Positions 31,456-42,779 of a stretch of 64,000 bases of DNA are shown here, in pieces (within the stretch, counting starts at the first letter, position 1; every line of letters starts with the position of its first letter). The notes under the pieces are model-generated. The model made no database searches. It was given only the letters and a program-made list of their open reading frames with translations, and was not told the DNA's origin. The stretch is from Fibrobacteria bacterium (GTDB lineage Bacteria; Fibrobacterota; Fibrobacteria; UBA11236; JADFYW01): the NCBI GenBank assembly GCA_050294405.1, contig JBNKOC010000016.1, positions 96,001 through 160,000 on the forward strand. The letters are read 5' to 3'. A program made the position numbers and the translations under genes.

Positions 31456-33845
31456 GTGGCTGAAAATTCCGATACTAACTCACCGGGCTCATAGATTGCA
31501 TTGCCTGAAAAGTCATGGGAAAAACCACGGAACTCTGCCAACACCGATGCATTTTGTAAAACTCCATATTCAATCTTCACCCCAAAACTGGCATTGAGCG
31601 AAGTAAAAAACGATTCGCTCTGTACTGAAGAAAGAAAAGGATAATTATTTTCAAAGGGAATTTCTATTACCGCTGAATCTACCAGGGTTGTGTCATCTAG
31701 CACGTTAGCATAATCTGGAATTTCTGCTAATCCCACCGTATCTGTAACAATTGAATCCAGTTTGGGAGAATCTCTCAGAGCAAAATAAAGTTGGCCTGAT
31801 TGGAGCTGGTAGTAGACTTCCACTCGTTTCAACCCGTTGATAAGGTCGTTTCCTCCAAAAATTCTGAAACGCAAATTTCTATCGGGTAGGGCCTCGTAAA
31901 GGGGTTTGTCCTCAGGACGTAAAACTTCAGCCAAGTCTCCTAGCTTTTTTGTTGCAAAATTTTGCCCATAGGAAAATCCAAACCAAAGCCTGGGACGATA
32001 TCTCCACTCCAATCCCATTCTAAGCCCTCTGGCATTATTGAGGGGAGGGTGTACTTCATTTAAACTAAAAGCCTGGGTGCCATTTAAGGTTTGGTGGACT
32101 CTGGCTCTGTCTTCATAATAAAAATCGTTAAAATAACCCGGGTGGAAATGTTTGTGGGAACCATAACCCTCTATAAAGCCATGGAACTTTTTATAAAATA
32201 TGCTGATTCCCGGGAATTGGACGCCAAGTCCTTCATAGCCAAAAGCTCCCGAAAATAAAAACGCAGAGCCAAGATAACCAAAAGCATTAATAGAACTTTC
32301 CTGGATAAAATTGAATTCCAAAAAAAACTCCATAGCCCAAATGGAAGCTGTGCTCGAAGCCACATCCACGTTAGGCTCTTCTTCAGCTCTGTAATTTTCC
32401 AGGCCATCCCCAAGGGTGAGCCCTGTTCCTTGATTCCAATCAAACACCATAGCTGTCCCAATAGATGTGTATCCATTATCATAAAAGTAGCTAAGACCCA
32501 TGGGGGAAAAACCCGCCAGATCACCAGCATACATTCTGAAATCTGAAAAGCCGGACATAGACCAGTTGAATATAAAACCCAGAGGCTGTGCTATTTGGCT
32601 ATGTATTTCATTGGAAAAATCTTTTACCAACAGCCCCTTGAACTGGGTGAATTTACGTATGGGACCAAGGTGAATATCCATCCCCACTTTAGGCAAACTA
32701 TAATCCAGGTAATAAATTTTATCCAATATTCCCTGTAAGCCAGTAAAACCCAGGCTGTGGCCATCTTTACTGGTTTCAAAGGGCAAGTTAATGGCAAAGC
32801 GCAGGGATCCAAAGCTGGCGCCTCCGCGAAGGCGAATTCCGTTGTGGGATACCCCGCCTTCCTGAGGGGAGGCACTTTGAAAAAACAGTTGGGTTTCCGT
32901 GTAATATTTGTGGTCTTCCAGGTTGTCAAACCAAAATGGAGGAACATAATCATTAGCCCCGGTAGTTCCATCGGACTTTCGGACTTTTTCCAAAACCTCG
33001 GGCAATTTAAAAAAGGGTTTCAAGCGAATATCTTCTTCGTATTTCTCCTCTTCCACAGATTTTTCAGCCACAGCTTTGCTGGTTATTTTTTCGGTTTGGG
33101 CTTTTATCCCGAATTTTTCCATCTCGTTGCTCACAAATTTATCCCCAAAATACTGGCGCAGTAAATCGGTTATTTCAGTGGTTACTAAAGTTGGCTCTGT
33201 GGGGTTTTTGTCGGGCTCCACGTTTGTGAAGTTACCTTTGGTTATCTCAATAGGAGTTTTCAGGCTTATATTTTGAGACATTAAATTTTCTGAAGTGGCG
33301 AAGATGTTTGTCTTATTTAAATCCTTTTGATAGATAAAAGAAAAGCTCCCTTTTGGTGAGGCAGCCATACCATCATTGGAGAATACCTGAACCTCATTTG
33401 GACCTTCCCATGTCATATAACATCCACCTTCAAACACCGTGAGGGTTGTCACAAAGCCGCTGCCATTTTCCACTGGCGGCATTTTAACCAGCACCTTGGT
33501 ATTGGAGCCAATAATGATTTGGTTTTTTAAATCAATGCGGATGATGATGTATGATTTATAGCCGGTCTTAATTAAATCGCCATCTTCTATGCGTATTTTG
33601 CGGGTGATTTTTTTCCAAATGCGTTCGCCTTCTTTTTGGAGTTGGATTTTACCTCCAAATGCTACAGAAATGGCATTGGGACCTTCTCCCTCCTGAGGAG
33701 CATCGGCGCTGGCGTTGCTGGCTTCCTCTTCAGATTCGCTTTCTTCGGTTTGGGCCCAAGTGGAAAAAAGGGCTAGCTGTAGGATTAAGAAGAGTTTTCC
33801 AAAAAATAGCCAGAATTTATGAACTGGAAAATTCTTCACATACAT
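31437..33845 (-). CDS. Exported protein with N-terminal FecR-like domain and probable C-terminal outer-membrane beta-barrel
   Basis: Signal peptide, 'G.I......W......I.DGD.I.TG..S' FecR-like pattern, alternating aromatic beta strands and terminal Phe. Confidence 0.6.
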   Translation of the reverse strand: MYVKNFPVHKFWLFFGKLFLILQLALFSTWAQTEESESEEEASNASADAPQEGEGPNAISVAFGGKIQLQKEGERIWKKITRKIRIEDGDLIKTGYKSYIIIRIDLKNQIIIGSNTKVLVKMPPVENGSGFVTTLTVFEGGCYMTWEGPNEVQVFSNDGMAASPKGSFSFIYQKDLNKTNIFATSENLMSQNISLKTPIEITKGNFTNVEPDKNPTEPTLVTTEITDLLRQYFGDKFVSNEMEKFGIKAQTEKITSKAVAEKSVEEEKYEEDIRLKPFFKLPEVLEKVRKSDGTTGANDYVPPFWFDNLEDHKYYTETQLFFQSASPQEGGVSHNGIRLRGGASFGSLRFAINLPFETSKDGHSLGFTGLQGILDKIYYLDYSLPKVGMDIHLGPIRKFTQFKGLLVKDFSNEIHSQIAQPLGFIFNWSMSGFSDFRMYAGDLAGFSPMGLSYFYDNGYTSIGTAMVFDWNQGTGLTLGDGLENYRAEEEPNVDVASSTASIWAMEFFLEFNFIQESSINAFGYLGSAFLFSGAFGYEGLGVQFPGISIFYKKFHGFIEGYGSHKHFHPGYFNDFYYEDRARVHQTLNGTQAFSLNEVHPPLNNARGLRMGLEWRYRPRLWFGFSYGQNFATKKLGDLAEVLRPEDKPLYEALPDRNLRFRIFGGNDLINGLKRVEVYYQLQSGQLYFALRDSPKLDSIVTDTVGLAEIPDYANVLDDTTLVDSAVIEIPFENNYPFLSSVQSESFFTSLNASFGVKIEYGVLQNASVLAEFRGFSHDFSGNAIYEPGELVSEFSATWKMKF

Positions 33846-33863
33846 ATTAAATGTTTAACACCA

Positions 33864-35117
33864 CTATTGGCTATCGAGCCCTGCTATTTGATCTTTTATC
33901 ATTTTTAAGTTTTTTCGAACTTTTTTAGCTATTTCAATGTCATTGAAGTAGGTTAAACAATTTTCCAATTCTTGGGCGGCTTTATCCAGTAAATCTTTCT
34001 GTTTTTGAGGAGATTGGCCCTTTTTTGCTGCAAAATATTCAGAGGCTTTTTTCCGTTTTTCAATGCAAAAACGTTCTCCGGCCGTGTTTTTCAAATCCCT
34101 TGCTTTATTTTCGTAGGGGCTCCCTTTTAACTGAGCAATGAGAGGCAGGGCTTCCACAATCATTCCCTTTTCAACCAGGGAATCGGCATTTTTATACAAA
34201 ATTTCGGGGTTTTCGGGACTTGAGCCGCTGGGACCCTGATAATTTTGCACACCAGCTTGTTGGAAGGGCTGTTGGGGCAAGTGGGAATATTCGGAGCTAA
34301 GGTTGGCTAGCTTTAATTGAAAAAGTTCGAGGTTTTGGCTGTTTTGGTACTCTGTTTTAAGCGCTTCTATTTCTAATTGGCTTTTTTTAAGGTCACGCTC
34401 CCAGGTTTCCTGAACCAGTTTTTTTATTTCTGTCCTTATATTTTCTGGTGGCTGGGTTCCCAAAATATCCACGGCAATTTTACTTACTTCAGGATGGTGG
34501 GCCCCGCGAATTACCGCCTGCATTAGCCTTTCAATCTGAGTCATAGTTTGGGAGGGGAGAGTTTGGGACATAATTCCCGATACCATGCTATTCTTTTTGG
34601 CGTCTTCTAAAATCTGGTTGATGGCCGGTTCCTGATTTTGAATTTTTTTCCAATATTCAGCCGCTTCTTTTATATTTCCCAAAGCGAAGTTGGCCTTGCC
34701 CAAAAGAAAGTCCCGTTTTAACAATGATACAGAATTATTAGAAGAAGGTTGGCTTAAGATTAACAGCGAAAGAATAACATCGGGTTCCCCGGAGATTTTT
34801 TGAACGCAGTCCAGAGCCTTATCCAGGGGTATTAATTTCTTTTCACTGGGCATGTTAATACCGCAATTTGCTTGCAGTAGGGAATCCTGAGCTTTTGGCT
34901 CCTTGGGCTCTGGCTTTTGTTCAGGGGAACTTACTAACATACTGTCGGTTTGCGATTCAGTGGCCGCAAGGCTGTCCCCATTAGGGCTTATAACTTCTCC
35001 GGAATCAGCCGGCGCTTTTTCCACTCGAGGCGCTTTTTGATGGACCTGAGGTTTTTGGCCGGTTTGGCTACAGTTAAATAAAAACAAGGCCAGGGCGGGT
35101 AATATTAAATTTTTCAT
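33864..35117 (-). CDS. Lipoprotein with disordered linker and helical/TPR-like body
   Basis: MKNLILPALALFLFN-C lipobox-like signal, Pro/Ser/Glu-rich linker, helical repeats. Confidence 0.65.
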   Translation of the reverse strand: MKNLILPALALFLFNCSQTGQKPQVHQKAPRVEKAPADSGEVISPNGDSLAATESQTDSMLVSSPEQKPEPKEPKAQDSLLQANCGINMPSEKKLIPLDKALDCVQKISGEPDVILSLLILSQPSSNNSVSLLKRDFLLGKANFALGNIKEAAEYWKKIQNQEPAINQILEDAKKNSMVSGIMSQTLPSQTMTQIERLMQAVIRGAHHPEVSKIAVDILGTQPPENIRTEIKKLVQETWERDLKKSQLEIEALKTEYQNSQNLELFQLKLANLSSEYSHLPQQPFQQAGVQNYQGPSGSSPENPEILYKNADSLVEKGMIVEALPLIAQLKGSPYENKARDLKNTAGERFCIEKRKKASEYFAAKKGQSPQKQKDLLDKAAQELENCLTYFNDIEIAKKVRKNLKMIKDQIAGLDSQ

Positions 35118-35118
35118 A

Positions 35119-38100
35119 TTAAGGCTCTCTTAAATAAAAATAACTGGCAGCAGAGCTGGAGTCAGATGTTTGTGAAAGGGGAAGGCCATTTATCTGTTTA
35201 ACTTTAATGGTGGAATGCAGGTCTTCATCTTCTAAAGGCCAATGGGGGTCAACTTGCAGACCTAAGTCGAATTTGTCTACGGAGCCCGCATAATCAAAGG
35301 CCTGGGTTATAGCATTGGCCATTTGTATCCAGGCATCCAGAGATACGGTGCCGCCAAACCCCCGAAAGCCGTTGTGCTCCATTTTTTTGTTATCATCGTA
35401 GCCCACATAGACTCCAATGGCAAAACCATCTTTTACAGAAAGCCCTCGGTTTTTACCCAAAGGGCCGCTGATAAAACCCAAAAAGGCGCCATTTCTGTGA
35501 TCGTTAGTGGTTCCCGTTTTACCGTAAGAGGGAATGCTTAAGTTTAAATCAGAGCCTCCCACATTTACCTTAACCTTCACCTCTTCCTTAACTTTACGTC
35601 CTGTTCCACCCTCCACGATATTTCGCAAAATAGATTGAACTCCCCACTTGGTTTTGGAGTCCAAAACTTCTTCGGCTTCCATAATATCTTCATAAATAAC
35701 TTTTCCATTGGGAAGGGTGATTTTTTCCACTAACAATTGAGACTCGCCGGTTTTATCGGAAACATAGCGAACCCCATCTTTCATGGTTTGGTATACTTCT
35801 GTAGCTTCCGATAGGGAGATAACATTGGAGCCCAGCGGAAAGGATAGCACCGGGTCCATCTTGTGGGTGATTCCCAATTTTTTGGCGAATTCAACCATAT
35901 ATTTCAGTGAAACCAGGGCTTTAAATTCCCGGGAATAAAAAAGGTTTTCGGGAGCGTAGGAATTGGAACCTAAGTCCACATTTGGAATTTTTTTCTCTAA
36001 TTCAAAAATAGACTTAATGGAAATCTTTTCATTGATGTATAGATTTTCATCCAGCTCGTTTTTGGCTTCTGGATCGGCGAGGCTCCAATGTACAGGAGGT
36101 TTTTTGGTGAAATAAGAAAGTTTATGGCTGGCCGGATGGATGTATAGGGCTTTGTAATTTCGCTCTTTGGCAAATTCCAGATAATTTAAAAAACATTCCT
36201 GTAAAATTTCCCGCCTTAAAATATTTTCTTCTTTGCTGGAGCCCTTTAGGCTTTCTGCTTCTTTAGAGTAACCCCAGCCGTAAGGCAGATTTTTTAAATA
36301 GGCCGCTTCTTCATCCCTGCCGTCAAACACCAAATCAATGGCAAATTCCTCTTTGGCTTTTTCAAAACGTATATCATTTTTGCGGGGCTCATAAAGTAAA
36401 AAACCAAGACTGTCTCTTACAAATTCGGTAAATTGCCCGCTGCCTTCAAATACATCGGGGTGTATGCCATAGGTTTTGGCAATCTTCCAAAACTCATTAA
36501 AGTTTAATTTGGCAAGCAAGTTGTACAGCAAATAAACGCTGGCAATATTTTCAGAGCGGCGCCCCGCCCAGGCCATGCTCACCAAATCTTCGGGCTCGTG
36601 ATCGGGTCGGGGGAAATAAAAAGTATTTCCCAGTCTAAAAAGTTGGCGGTAGTTGTGAAGGGTGTCCATGGGGGTCCAGCCCACAGCGCAAGCGGCAGCA
36701 TAAACCATGGGCTTAAAAGTGGAACCAAATTGACGCACCGCCTGGTTGACGCGGTCGTAACCTACATTGCGAAAGCCGCCCACATTGGCCAAAATTTTTC
36801 CGCCTTTTAATATACGGCTACCACCCTGGAGCTTGGGAGTATTTTCAAACTCCAGCTCTCCCTCATAAATTTTGTCCAGAGGAAATAGCATGGGGCTGGA
36901 GCAAAGAATCAAATTGCCTTTTTGCAAATGGCTGTGGAAAAACTTTTTCCATTCGGCTTCCTTCATGGGGCTTCTGTTTCCGTTTTCGTGCCAATTCAAT
37001 AGGGTAAAAAATTCTTTTAAGGAGTTCTGGGAAAGCCAGGCTTTGGAACTTCCCATTTGAACCTGAATTTTAGGATATTTTCCTTTATCCAATTGGGTTG
37101 AACAAATTTTGGCCACATAAAATCTTCCCGGTAAAATCTCGGGTACAATGTTCATGTATTCGTTTTTAGGAGGGTTGTACCCTTCCAGTATTATGCTGAG
37201 CTGGCTTAAGTTTTTATTGGTGGCGTATTCCGAGGCTACCTGTAAATTGGGGTCGAGAGTGGTATATATTTTAAGACCTTCAGAGGCGTAATCTTCCACT
37301 CCGTAGTCTTCCAATATTTCCATAATATTTTCCCGCTCAATAAATTGCCGCACTTTCACAATGTTAGTGGAGAGCTTAAAGCGAAAGCTGCCTTTTGAAA
37401 AAGGAATGCTGTCCTTAACAGCTTTTTTGTATTGTTCATCGTTGATGTATTTGTTTTCCCACATTTTGTCTAAAACATACTTCACGCGGGATTTTGCTCT
37501 TTTGTATTTAAGTTCTTTTTGTTCCACTGAGCGGCTTATAAAGGGGTTGTATTGGTTTGGGCCCTTCACACTTCCGGCGATAAAAGCCAGCTCCACAAGT
37601 CCCAATTGCGATAATTCTTTTCCAAAAAAATAACGGGCCGCAATGGCAACTCCATGGCCGTTACCACTAACATAAAACTGGTTTAAATAAAATTCGAGAA
37701 TTTCTTCTTTGCTAAAGAATTTTTCCAAACGAAAAGCGTTTACCAATTCGGGAAATTTGGCCAAAAGCCTTTGAAATTTATTGCGGGAGCGGTTGGGAAA
37801 AAGGTTTTTGGCTGTTTGCTGGGTGAGGGAGCTTCCCCCTCTTTTAAAAGAAAAAGAGCGAATATCATCGGCTATGGCATACAAAATGGCCCGGTAATCC
37901 ACGCCGCCGTGCTTAAAAAAGTTTTTGTCTTCCGCTGATATTACGGCTTGTATCATGGTTTTGGGGATGGAGTCGAAGGGCACATAATCCCGGTGGATGT
38001 CTTCAAAAAACGATCCCATTACCGTTTTTCCATCGCTGTAATACACCACGGTTTCTTTGCTTAAAATTTCCATGATAGCTTCTTTGGAAAACTGATTGTT

Positions 38101-38244
38101 GGGATTGAACCTGCTAAAAATAAAAATTAGCAATACGGTTATAACAAAAGCCAAAAGCCCAAGGGCGGCAAGGATGGCAAAAATTTTAAGCAGCCTTTTA
38201 GGCCAGAGAGTTGTTTTGGCTCGTATCATGCTATTAGTATTCAT
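35119..38244 (-). CDS. Class A penicillin-binding protein (PBP1A-like transglycosylase/transpeptidase)
   Basis: N-terminal TM. GT51 motifs EDKNFFKHGG and GGSSLTQQTAKN. TP motifs STFK, SEN and KTGT. Confidence 0.93.
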   Translation of the reverse strand: MNTNSMIRAKTTLWPKRLLKIFAILAALGLLAFVITVLLIFIFSRFNPNNQFSKEAIMEILSKETVVYYSDGKTVMGSFFEDIHRDYVPFDSIPKTMIQAVISAEDKNFFKHGGVDYRAILYAIADDIRSFSFKRGGSSLTQQTAKNLFPNRSRNKFQRLLAKFPELVNAFRLEKFFSKEEILEFYLNQFYVSGNGHGVAIAARYFFGKELSQLGLVELAFIAGSVKGPNQYNPFISRSVEQKELKYKRAKSRVKYVLDKMWENKYINDEQYKKAVKDSIPFSKGSFRFKLSTNIVKVRQFIERENIMEILEDYGVEDYASEGLKIYTTLDPNLQVASEYATNKNLSQLSIILEGYNPPKNEYMNIVPEILPGRFYVAKICSTQLDKGKYPKIQVQMGSSKAWLSQNSLKEFFTLLNWHENGNRSPMKEAEWKKFFHSHLQKGNLILCSSPMLFPLDKIYEGELEFENTPKLQGGSRILKGGKILANVGGFRNVGYDRVNQAVRQFGSTFKPMVYAAACAVGWTPMDTLHNYRQLFRLGNTFYFPRPDHEPEDLVSMAWAGRRSENIASVYLLYNLLAKLNFNEFWKIAKTYGIHPDVFEGSGQFTEFVRDSLGFLLYEPRKNDIRFEKAKEEFAIDLVFDGRDEEAAYLKNLPYGWGYSKEAESLKGSSKEENILRREILQECFLNYLEFAKERNYKALYIHPASHKLSYFTKKPPVHWSLADPEAKNELDENLYINEKISIKSIFELEKKIPNVDLGSNSYAPENLFYSREFKALVSLKYMVEFAKKLGITHKMDPVLSFPLGSNVISLSEATEVYQTMKDGVRYVSDKTGESQLLVEKITLPNGKVIYEDIMEAEEVLDSKTKWGVQSILRNIVEGGTGRKVKEEVKVKVNVGGSDLNLSIPSYGKTGTTNDHRNGAFLGFISGPLGKNRGLSVKDGFAIGVYVGYDDNKKMEHNGFRGFGGTVSLDAWIQMANAITQAFDYAGSVDKFDLGLQVDPHWPLEDEDLHSTIKVKQINGLPLSQTSDSSSAASYFYLREP

Positions 38245-38423
38245 AAATTAAGTAATCTTTCCCCGTAAAATTTAAATATTCTAATTGGATATGCTGCCTC
38301 TCAGATTTTTTTTGGGTTTTATATAAAAATCTATAAAGCTTCCGGGGTGATCTGGCAGCGAGAATATTTGGCTAAAAATCTTGATTTGCCAAAGGATTAA
38401 ATTAACTTTAACGCTCCAATTCC

Positions 38424-38511
<88 letters not shown>

Positions 38512-38536
38512 TGTGAGTTTCAAAAGGAAAATAATA

Positions 38537-40279
38537 GTGGATCCCAACATTCCAGCCAATACTTCTGGGGAAAACGTTGCCCCCGAAGTAGCCAAAGCCA
38601 GTAACTTTATTCATAACCGCATTGACGAAGATTTGGCTGCTGGTAAAAACCAGGGTAGGGTTGTAACCCGGTTTCCTCCGGAACCAAATGGCTATTTACA
38701 CATTGGCCATGCCAAGTCTATTTGCTTGAATTTTGGTATTTCGGCGAAATACCAAAAAGGCCCTTGCCATTTGCGTTTTGACGACACTAATCCAGAAAAA
38801 GAAAGCCAGGAGTATATTGACTCCATTAAAAAAGATGTGGCTTGGCTGGGCTTTGATTGGGGCGAAAATGAATACTACGCCAGCGATTATTTTGAACAGC
38901 TTTATAATTTTGCTGTAGAACTTATTAAAAAACAATTGGCCTATGTGTGTGAGTTAAGTCCCGAAGAGGTTAGAAAATACCGGGGCACTTTAACAGAACC
39001 CGGTAAAGAAAGCCCCTTTCGCAATCGCTCTGTGGAAGAAAACTTAGAGCTATTCCAGAAAATGCGCAATGGCGGGTTTAAAGATGGCGAGGCTATGTTG
39101 CGTGCCAAAATAAACATGGCTTCCGGTAACCTAAATATGAGAGATCCGGTTTTGTATCGGGTAAAACATGTGCACCACCACAGAACGGGAGATAAATGGT
39201 GCATTTATCCCATGTACGATTTTACCCATTGTTTATCCGATGCCATTGAAAAAATCACCCACTCTATTTGCACACTTGAATTTGAAGACCATCGCCCACT
39301 TTACGATTGGGTCATTGACAATGTTAGCTCTCCTTCCAAACCGCAGCAAATTGAATTCGCCCGTTTGAATTTGACTCAAACATTAATGAGCAAGCGAAAG
39401 CTGTTGGCGTTGGTGGAAAACAAATGGGTGGAAGGTTGGGATGATCCCAGAATGCCCACTATTTCCGGTATGCGTAGAAGGGGATACACCCCCAAATCCA
39501 TCCGGGTCTTTTGTGATAAAATTGGGGTGGCTAAACGGGACAGCACCGTGGATATGGCCTTGCTGGAAAGCTGTATCCGGGATGAGCTCAACCAATCTGC
39601 CCCACGCTTGATGGCGGTTTTGAGTCCCCTAAAAGTGGTATTGGAAAATTACCCGGAAAATGAAATAGAAGAGCTGGAAGCCCAAAATAATCCAGAAGAC
39701 GCCTCTATGAGAAGCCGAAAAATACCTTTTGGAAAGGTTCTATACATCGATAAAAATGATTTTATGGAGAACCCTCCTAAAAAATATTTTCGATTGAGTC
39801 CTGGCTCGGAGGTGCGCCTACGCTATGGCTATGTTATACGTTGTAAGGAAGTGGTGAAAAATCAAAATACAGGAGAAATTGAGCGACTGATTTGCACTTA
39901 CGATCCAGAAACCCGCGGGGGTAAAACACCTGATGGCAGAAAAGTTAAGGGCACTATCCACTGGGTGTGTGAGGCAAAACACGGTGTCGCTGAAGTTCGC
40001 TTATTTGAGCCATTGCTATTAACAGCTGAAGAATTAAAATCCAAAGGCGAAGACCTAAGCCTCGAAGATTCATTGAATCCCAATTCCCTTGAAGTTATTG
40101 AAAACGCTCTGGTAGAGCCTGAATTGTTAAATAAACAAGAGGGTTTTCGCTGCCAGTTCGAAAGGGTGGGTTATTTTTATCTGGATAAACTGCAAAATGG
40201 CAGTAAGCCTGTGTTCCATCGAGTTGTAAGCCTCAAAGATACATGGGGCAAAATGCTAAAATCTCAAAAGGTTTCTTAA
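38537..40279 (+). CDS. glnS: Glutaminyl-tRNA synthetase
   Basis: [34 protein letters not shown]. True start is probably GTG 38537 (AGGA SD), because the ORF-track start lies inside the tRNA. Confidence 0.97.
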   Translation: MDPNIPANTSGENVAPEVAKASNFIHNRIDEDLAAGKNQGRVVTRFPPEPNGYLHIGHAKSICLNFGISAKYQKGPCHLRFDDTNPEKESQEYIDSIKKDVAWLGFDWGENEYYASDYFEQLYNFAVELIKKQLAYVCELSPEEVRKYRGTLTEPGKESPFRNRSVEENLELFQKMRNGGFKDGEAMLRAKINMASGNLNMRDPVLYRVKHVHHHRTGDKWCIYPMYDFTHCLSDAIEKITHSICTLEFEDHRPLYDWVIDNVSSPSKPQQIEFARLNLTQTLMSKRKLLALVENKWVEGWDDPRMPTISGMRRRGYTPKSIRVFCDKIGVAKRDSTVDMALLESCIRDELNQSAPRLMAVLSPLKVVLENYPENEIEELEAQNNPEDASMRSRKIPFGKVLYIDKNDFMENPPKKYFRLSPGSEVRLRYGYVIRCKEVVKNQNTGEIERLICTYDPETRGGKTPDGRKVKGTIHWVCEAKHGVAEVRLFEPLLLTAEELKSKGEDLSLEDSLNPNSLEVIENALVEPELLNKQEGFRCQFERVGYFYLDKLQNGSKPVFHRVVSLKDTWGKMLKSQKVS

Positions 40280-40280
40280 C

Positions 40281-41780
40281 ATGACTGAAAATTCCACAGA
40301 AAGACCTGGAAGGGTCCGGGTCCGATTTGCACCTAGTCCCACAGGAGAATTACATGTAGGCGGGGCAAGAACAGCCCTATTCAATTGGTTATTTGCCAAA
40401 AATCAAAAAGGCGACTTTATACTGCGCATTGAGGACACGGACCAAACACGTTATAGCGCCGAGGCGGAAGAAAATTTAAAATCCGAGCTCAAATGGTTGG
40501 GTATGGATTGGGATGAAGGCCCCGGTAAAGGCGGAAATTTTGGTCCGTATAAACAATCTGAACGGTTGGATTTGTACCGAAAATACGCCGAGCAATTGGT
40601 TAAAGAAGAAAAAGCATACCACTGTTTTTGCACGGCCCAAAGACTTGAAGAAGTCAGGGCCAAACAAAAGGAAAGTAAATTCCAAACCACTGGCTATGAT
40701 AGACATTGCCGGAATTTGCCGGAGGCAGAAAGAAAAACTTTACTGGAAAATAATACGCCATATGTTATTCGCTTAAAAATTCCCGAAACGGGGACCACCA
40801 GTTTTGATGATTTGTTAAGGGGTCCAATTCAATATCAAAACGAAGTTTTGGACGATATTGTGCTTTATAAAAGCAATGGTTTTCCTTCATACCACCTGGC
40901 CAATGTGGTGGACGATCACCTTATGGAAATCAGCCATGTGATGCGTGGAGAAGAGTGGATTCCCAGTAGCCCTAAGCATCAATTGTTATACAATGCTTTT
41001 GGCTGGACTCCGCCGGTATTTGTGCATCTTCCGGTCATTCTGGCGGAAGGTGGGGGAAAGCTCAGCAAAAGAAAGGGGGCTGCTTCCGTTGCTGATTTTA
41101 AAAATCTGGGCTATTTGCCCGAAGCCCTTAATAACTTTTTAGCCCTATTGGGCTGGAGTCCTGGAGATGACAGGGAATACATGTCCCAGGAGGAAATGGT
41201 GGCCAGCTTCTCCCTGCAAAAGATAAATCCCAAGAGCTGCTTTTTTGATACCCAAAAACTGGAATGGATGAATGGCCAACATATACAGCATTTATCCGAT
41301 GAGGCTATGGGAAAATTACTGGAGGCTTCGCTACCAGAAAACCTGGATAAGAAATGGGGGCAAACTTATTATTCCTCTGTGGGCGCCCTATTAAAAGAAA
41401 GGGTAAAAAAAACCACTGAGATATATGAAATGGCCCGCTACTTTTTTGAAGAGCCAACTGCCTATGAGGAAAAAGCTTTTAAGAAAAGGGTTAAAGAAAA
41501 TACGCCTCAACATCTAAAAATGTTGTCCTCTGAGTTGAAAGGCCTGGAATCTTTTAGTGCAGAAAATATTGAAAAACTATACCATCAGCTAAAAGAGGAT
41601 TGGGAACTCCCCGGAGCAGGAGCGCTTATCCACCCCACTCGATTGGGGATTTCCGGAGTTTCTTTTGGCCCCGGACTTTTTCAAATGATGGAAGTTTTGG
41701 GAAAAGAAAAAGTCATTGGCAGATTGGAAATGTTTGCCCAATACATCGAGGCTTCCCAAAAAAGTGGCCAACAAGTTTAA
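40281..41780 (+). CDS. gltX: Glutamyl-tRNA synthetase
   Basis: RFAPSPTG.LHVGG, LRIEDTD, KLSKR. Confidence 0.98.
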   Translation: MTENSTERPGRVRVRFAPSPTGELHVGGARTALFNWLFAKNQKGDFILRIEDTDQTRYSAEAEENLKSELKWLGMDWDEGPGKGGNFGPYKQSERLDLYRKYAEQLVKEEKAYHCFCTAQRLEEVRAKQKESKFQTTGYDRHCRNLPEAERKTLLENNTPYVIRLKIPETGTTSFDDLLRGPIQYQNEVLDDIVLYKSNGFPSYHLANVVDDHLMEISHVMRGEEWIPSSPKHQLLYNAFGWTPPVFVHLPVILAEGGGKLSKRKGAASVADFKNLGYLPEALNNFLALLGWSPGDDREYMSQEEMVASFSLQKINPKSCFFDTQKLEWMNGQHIQHLSDEAMGKLLEASLPENLDKKWGQTYYSSVGALLKERVKKTTEIYEMARYFFEEPTAYEEKAFKKRVKENTPQHLKMLSSELKGLESFSAENIEKLYHQLKEDWELPGAGALIHPTRLGISGVSFGPGLFQMMEVLGKEKVIGRLEMFAQYIEASQKSGQQV

Positions 41781-42744
41781 CCGTATCCAGGTTTTAATAG
41801 GCCTCCTAAGAAGCCACCCTCAGGGTATGGGGCTAAGCCAATTGGCATCCTCCCTTCAGGTGGATAGCCGCACCATCAAAAGGTATATATCTGATTTAAG
41901 AAAATCCGGTTACCCTGTTTTGGATTTACGTTCAGCTTCCAATGAACCTTCCAGGTTTTATTTGAGTCCTGAATTTAGCCCGCCCAAAGCCCTTATCGAG
42001 TCCCTGGAAAAAATAAAAGCAGACTTACACGCCTGGGGAAACCCCAAATATGTGCATAACATTTCGGCGGCTATTGAATTTCTGGAACAGTTGGGTAACA
42101 ACGGTAAAAAACAAAATCCCATATCCAATCCTGAATCCAAAACTAGCGTTTATCATATTGATCATGGTCCCTTTTCAGAGCAAGATGTATCTTCCCAGTT
42201 GTTGGCCAGTTTGGAAAAGGCCATTCAGCTTTCTCAAAAATTAAATTTGAGTTATAAGGCGGCGGGTGAGAAGCCAAGCCAGATTGTTTTTTCACCTTAT
42301 AAATTAAGTTTAAGGGTAGGACGTCTATATTTAATAGGGGAAGATGATTCTGAGCCCAATGTATTCAAGAGCCTTTCCATTAAACGTATAAAGCGATGCC
42401 AAACAATCTCCGAAACTTTTGTACCAAAAAACTTTAGGCCGGAAGATTATTACAAGTTTTGCTTTGGGCAGTTTCCCAGGCAAGCCCACGAAAGGCCAGA
42501 AAAAATTCAATTGCTCATAAAATCTGGTTGGGTAAAAAGCATATTGGAAGAAAGCCATTTTAATCCGCCGGGCAAATTTATAACCGGAAAAAAAGGCGAA
42601 ATTTTTGAATTTTTAGCGATTGTTAAACCAGACCTTCTCAATTGGGTTTTTTCCCTGCTTCCCCATGCTCTGCCTTTAGGGCCTTTGAGCTTGTGTGTTG
42701 AAGTAAAAAACCGCCTAAAACAGGCTGAATCGCTGGTAAACTAG
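41764..42744 (+). CDS. HTH-WYL(-WCX) transcriptional regulator
   Basis: N-terminal wHTH 'LASSLQVDSRTIKRYISDL' and WYL core 'FSPYKL....RLYLIG...FKSLSIKRI'. GTG at 41764 is the likely start and overlaps the gltX stop. Confidence 0.88.
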   Translation: MANKFNRIQVLIGLLRSHPQGMGLSQLASSLQVDSRTIKRYISDLRKSGYPVLDLRSASNEPSRFYLSPEFSPPKALIESLEKIKADLHAWGNPKYVHNISAAIEFLEQLGNNGKKQNPISNPESKTSVYHIDHGPFSEQDVSSQLLASLEKAIQLSQKLNLSYKAAGEKPSQIVFSPYKLSLRVGRLYLIGEDDSEPNVFKSLSIKRIKRCQTISETFVPKNFRPEDYYKFCFGQFPRQAHERPEKIQLLIKSGWVKSILEESHFNPPGKFITGKKGEIFEFLAIVKPDLLNWVFSLLPHALPLGPLSLCVEVKNRLKQAESLVN

Positions 42745-42779
42745 AGCTTTTTGGGGATAAAAAGCAGTACCATTTAAAG

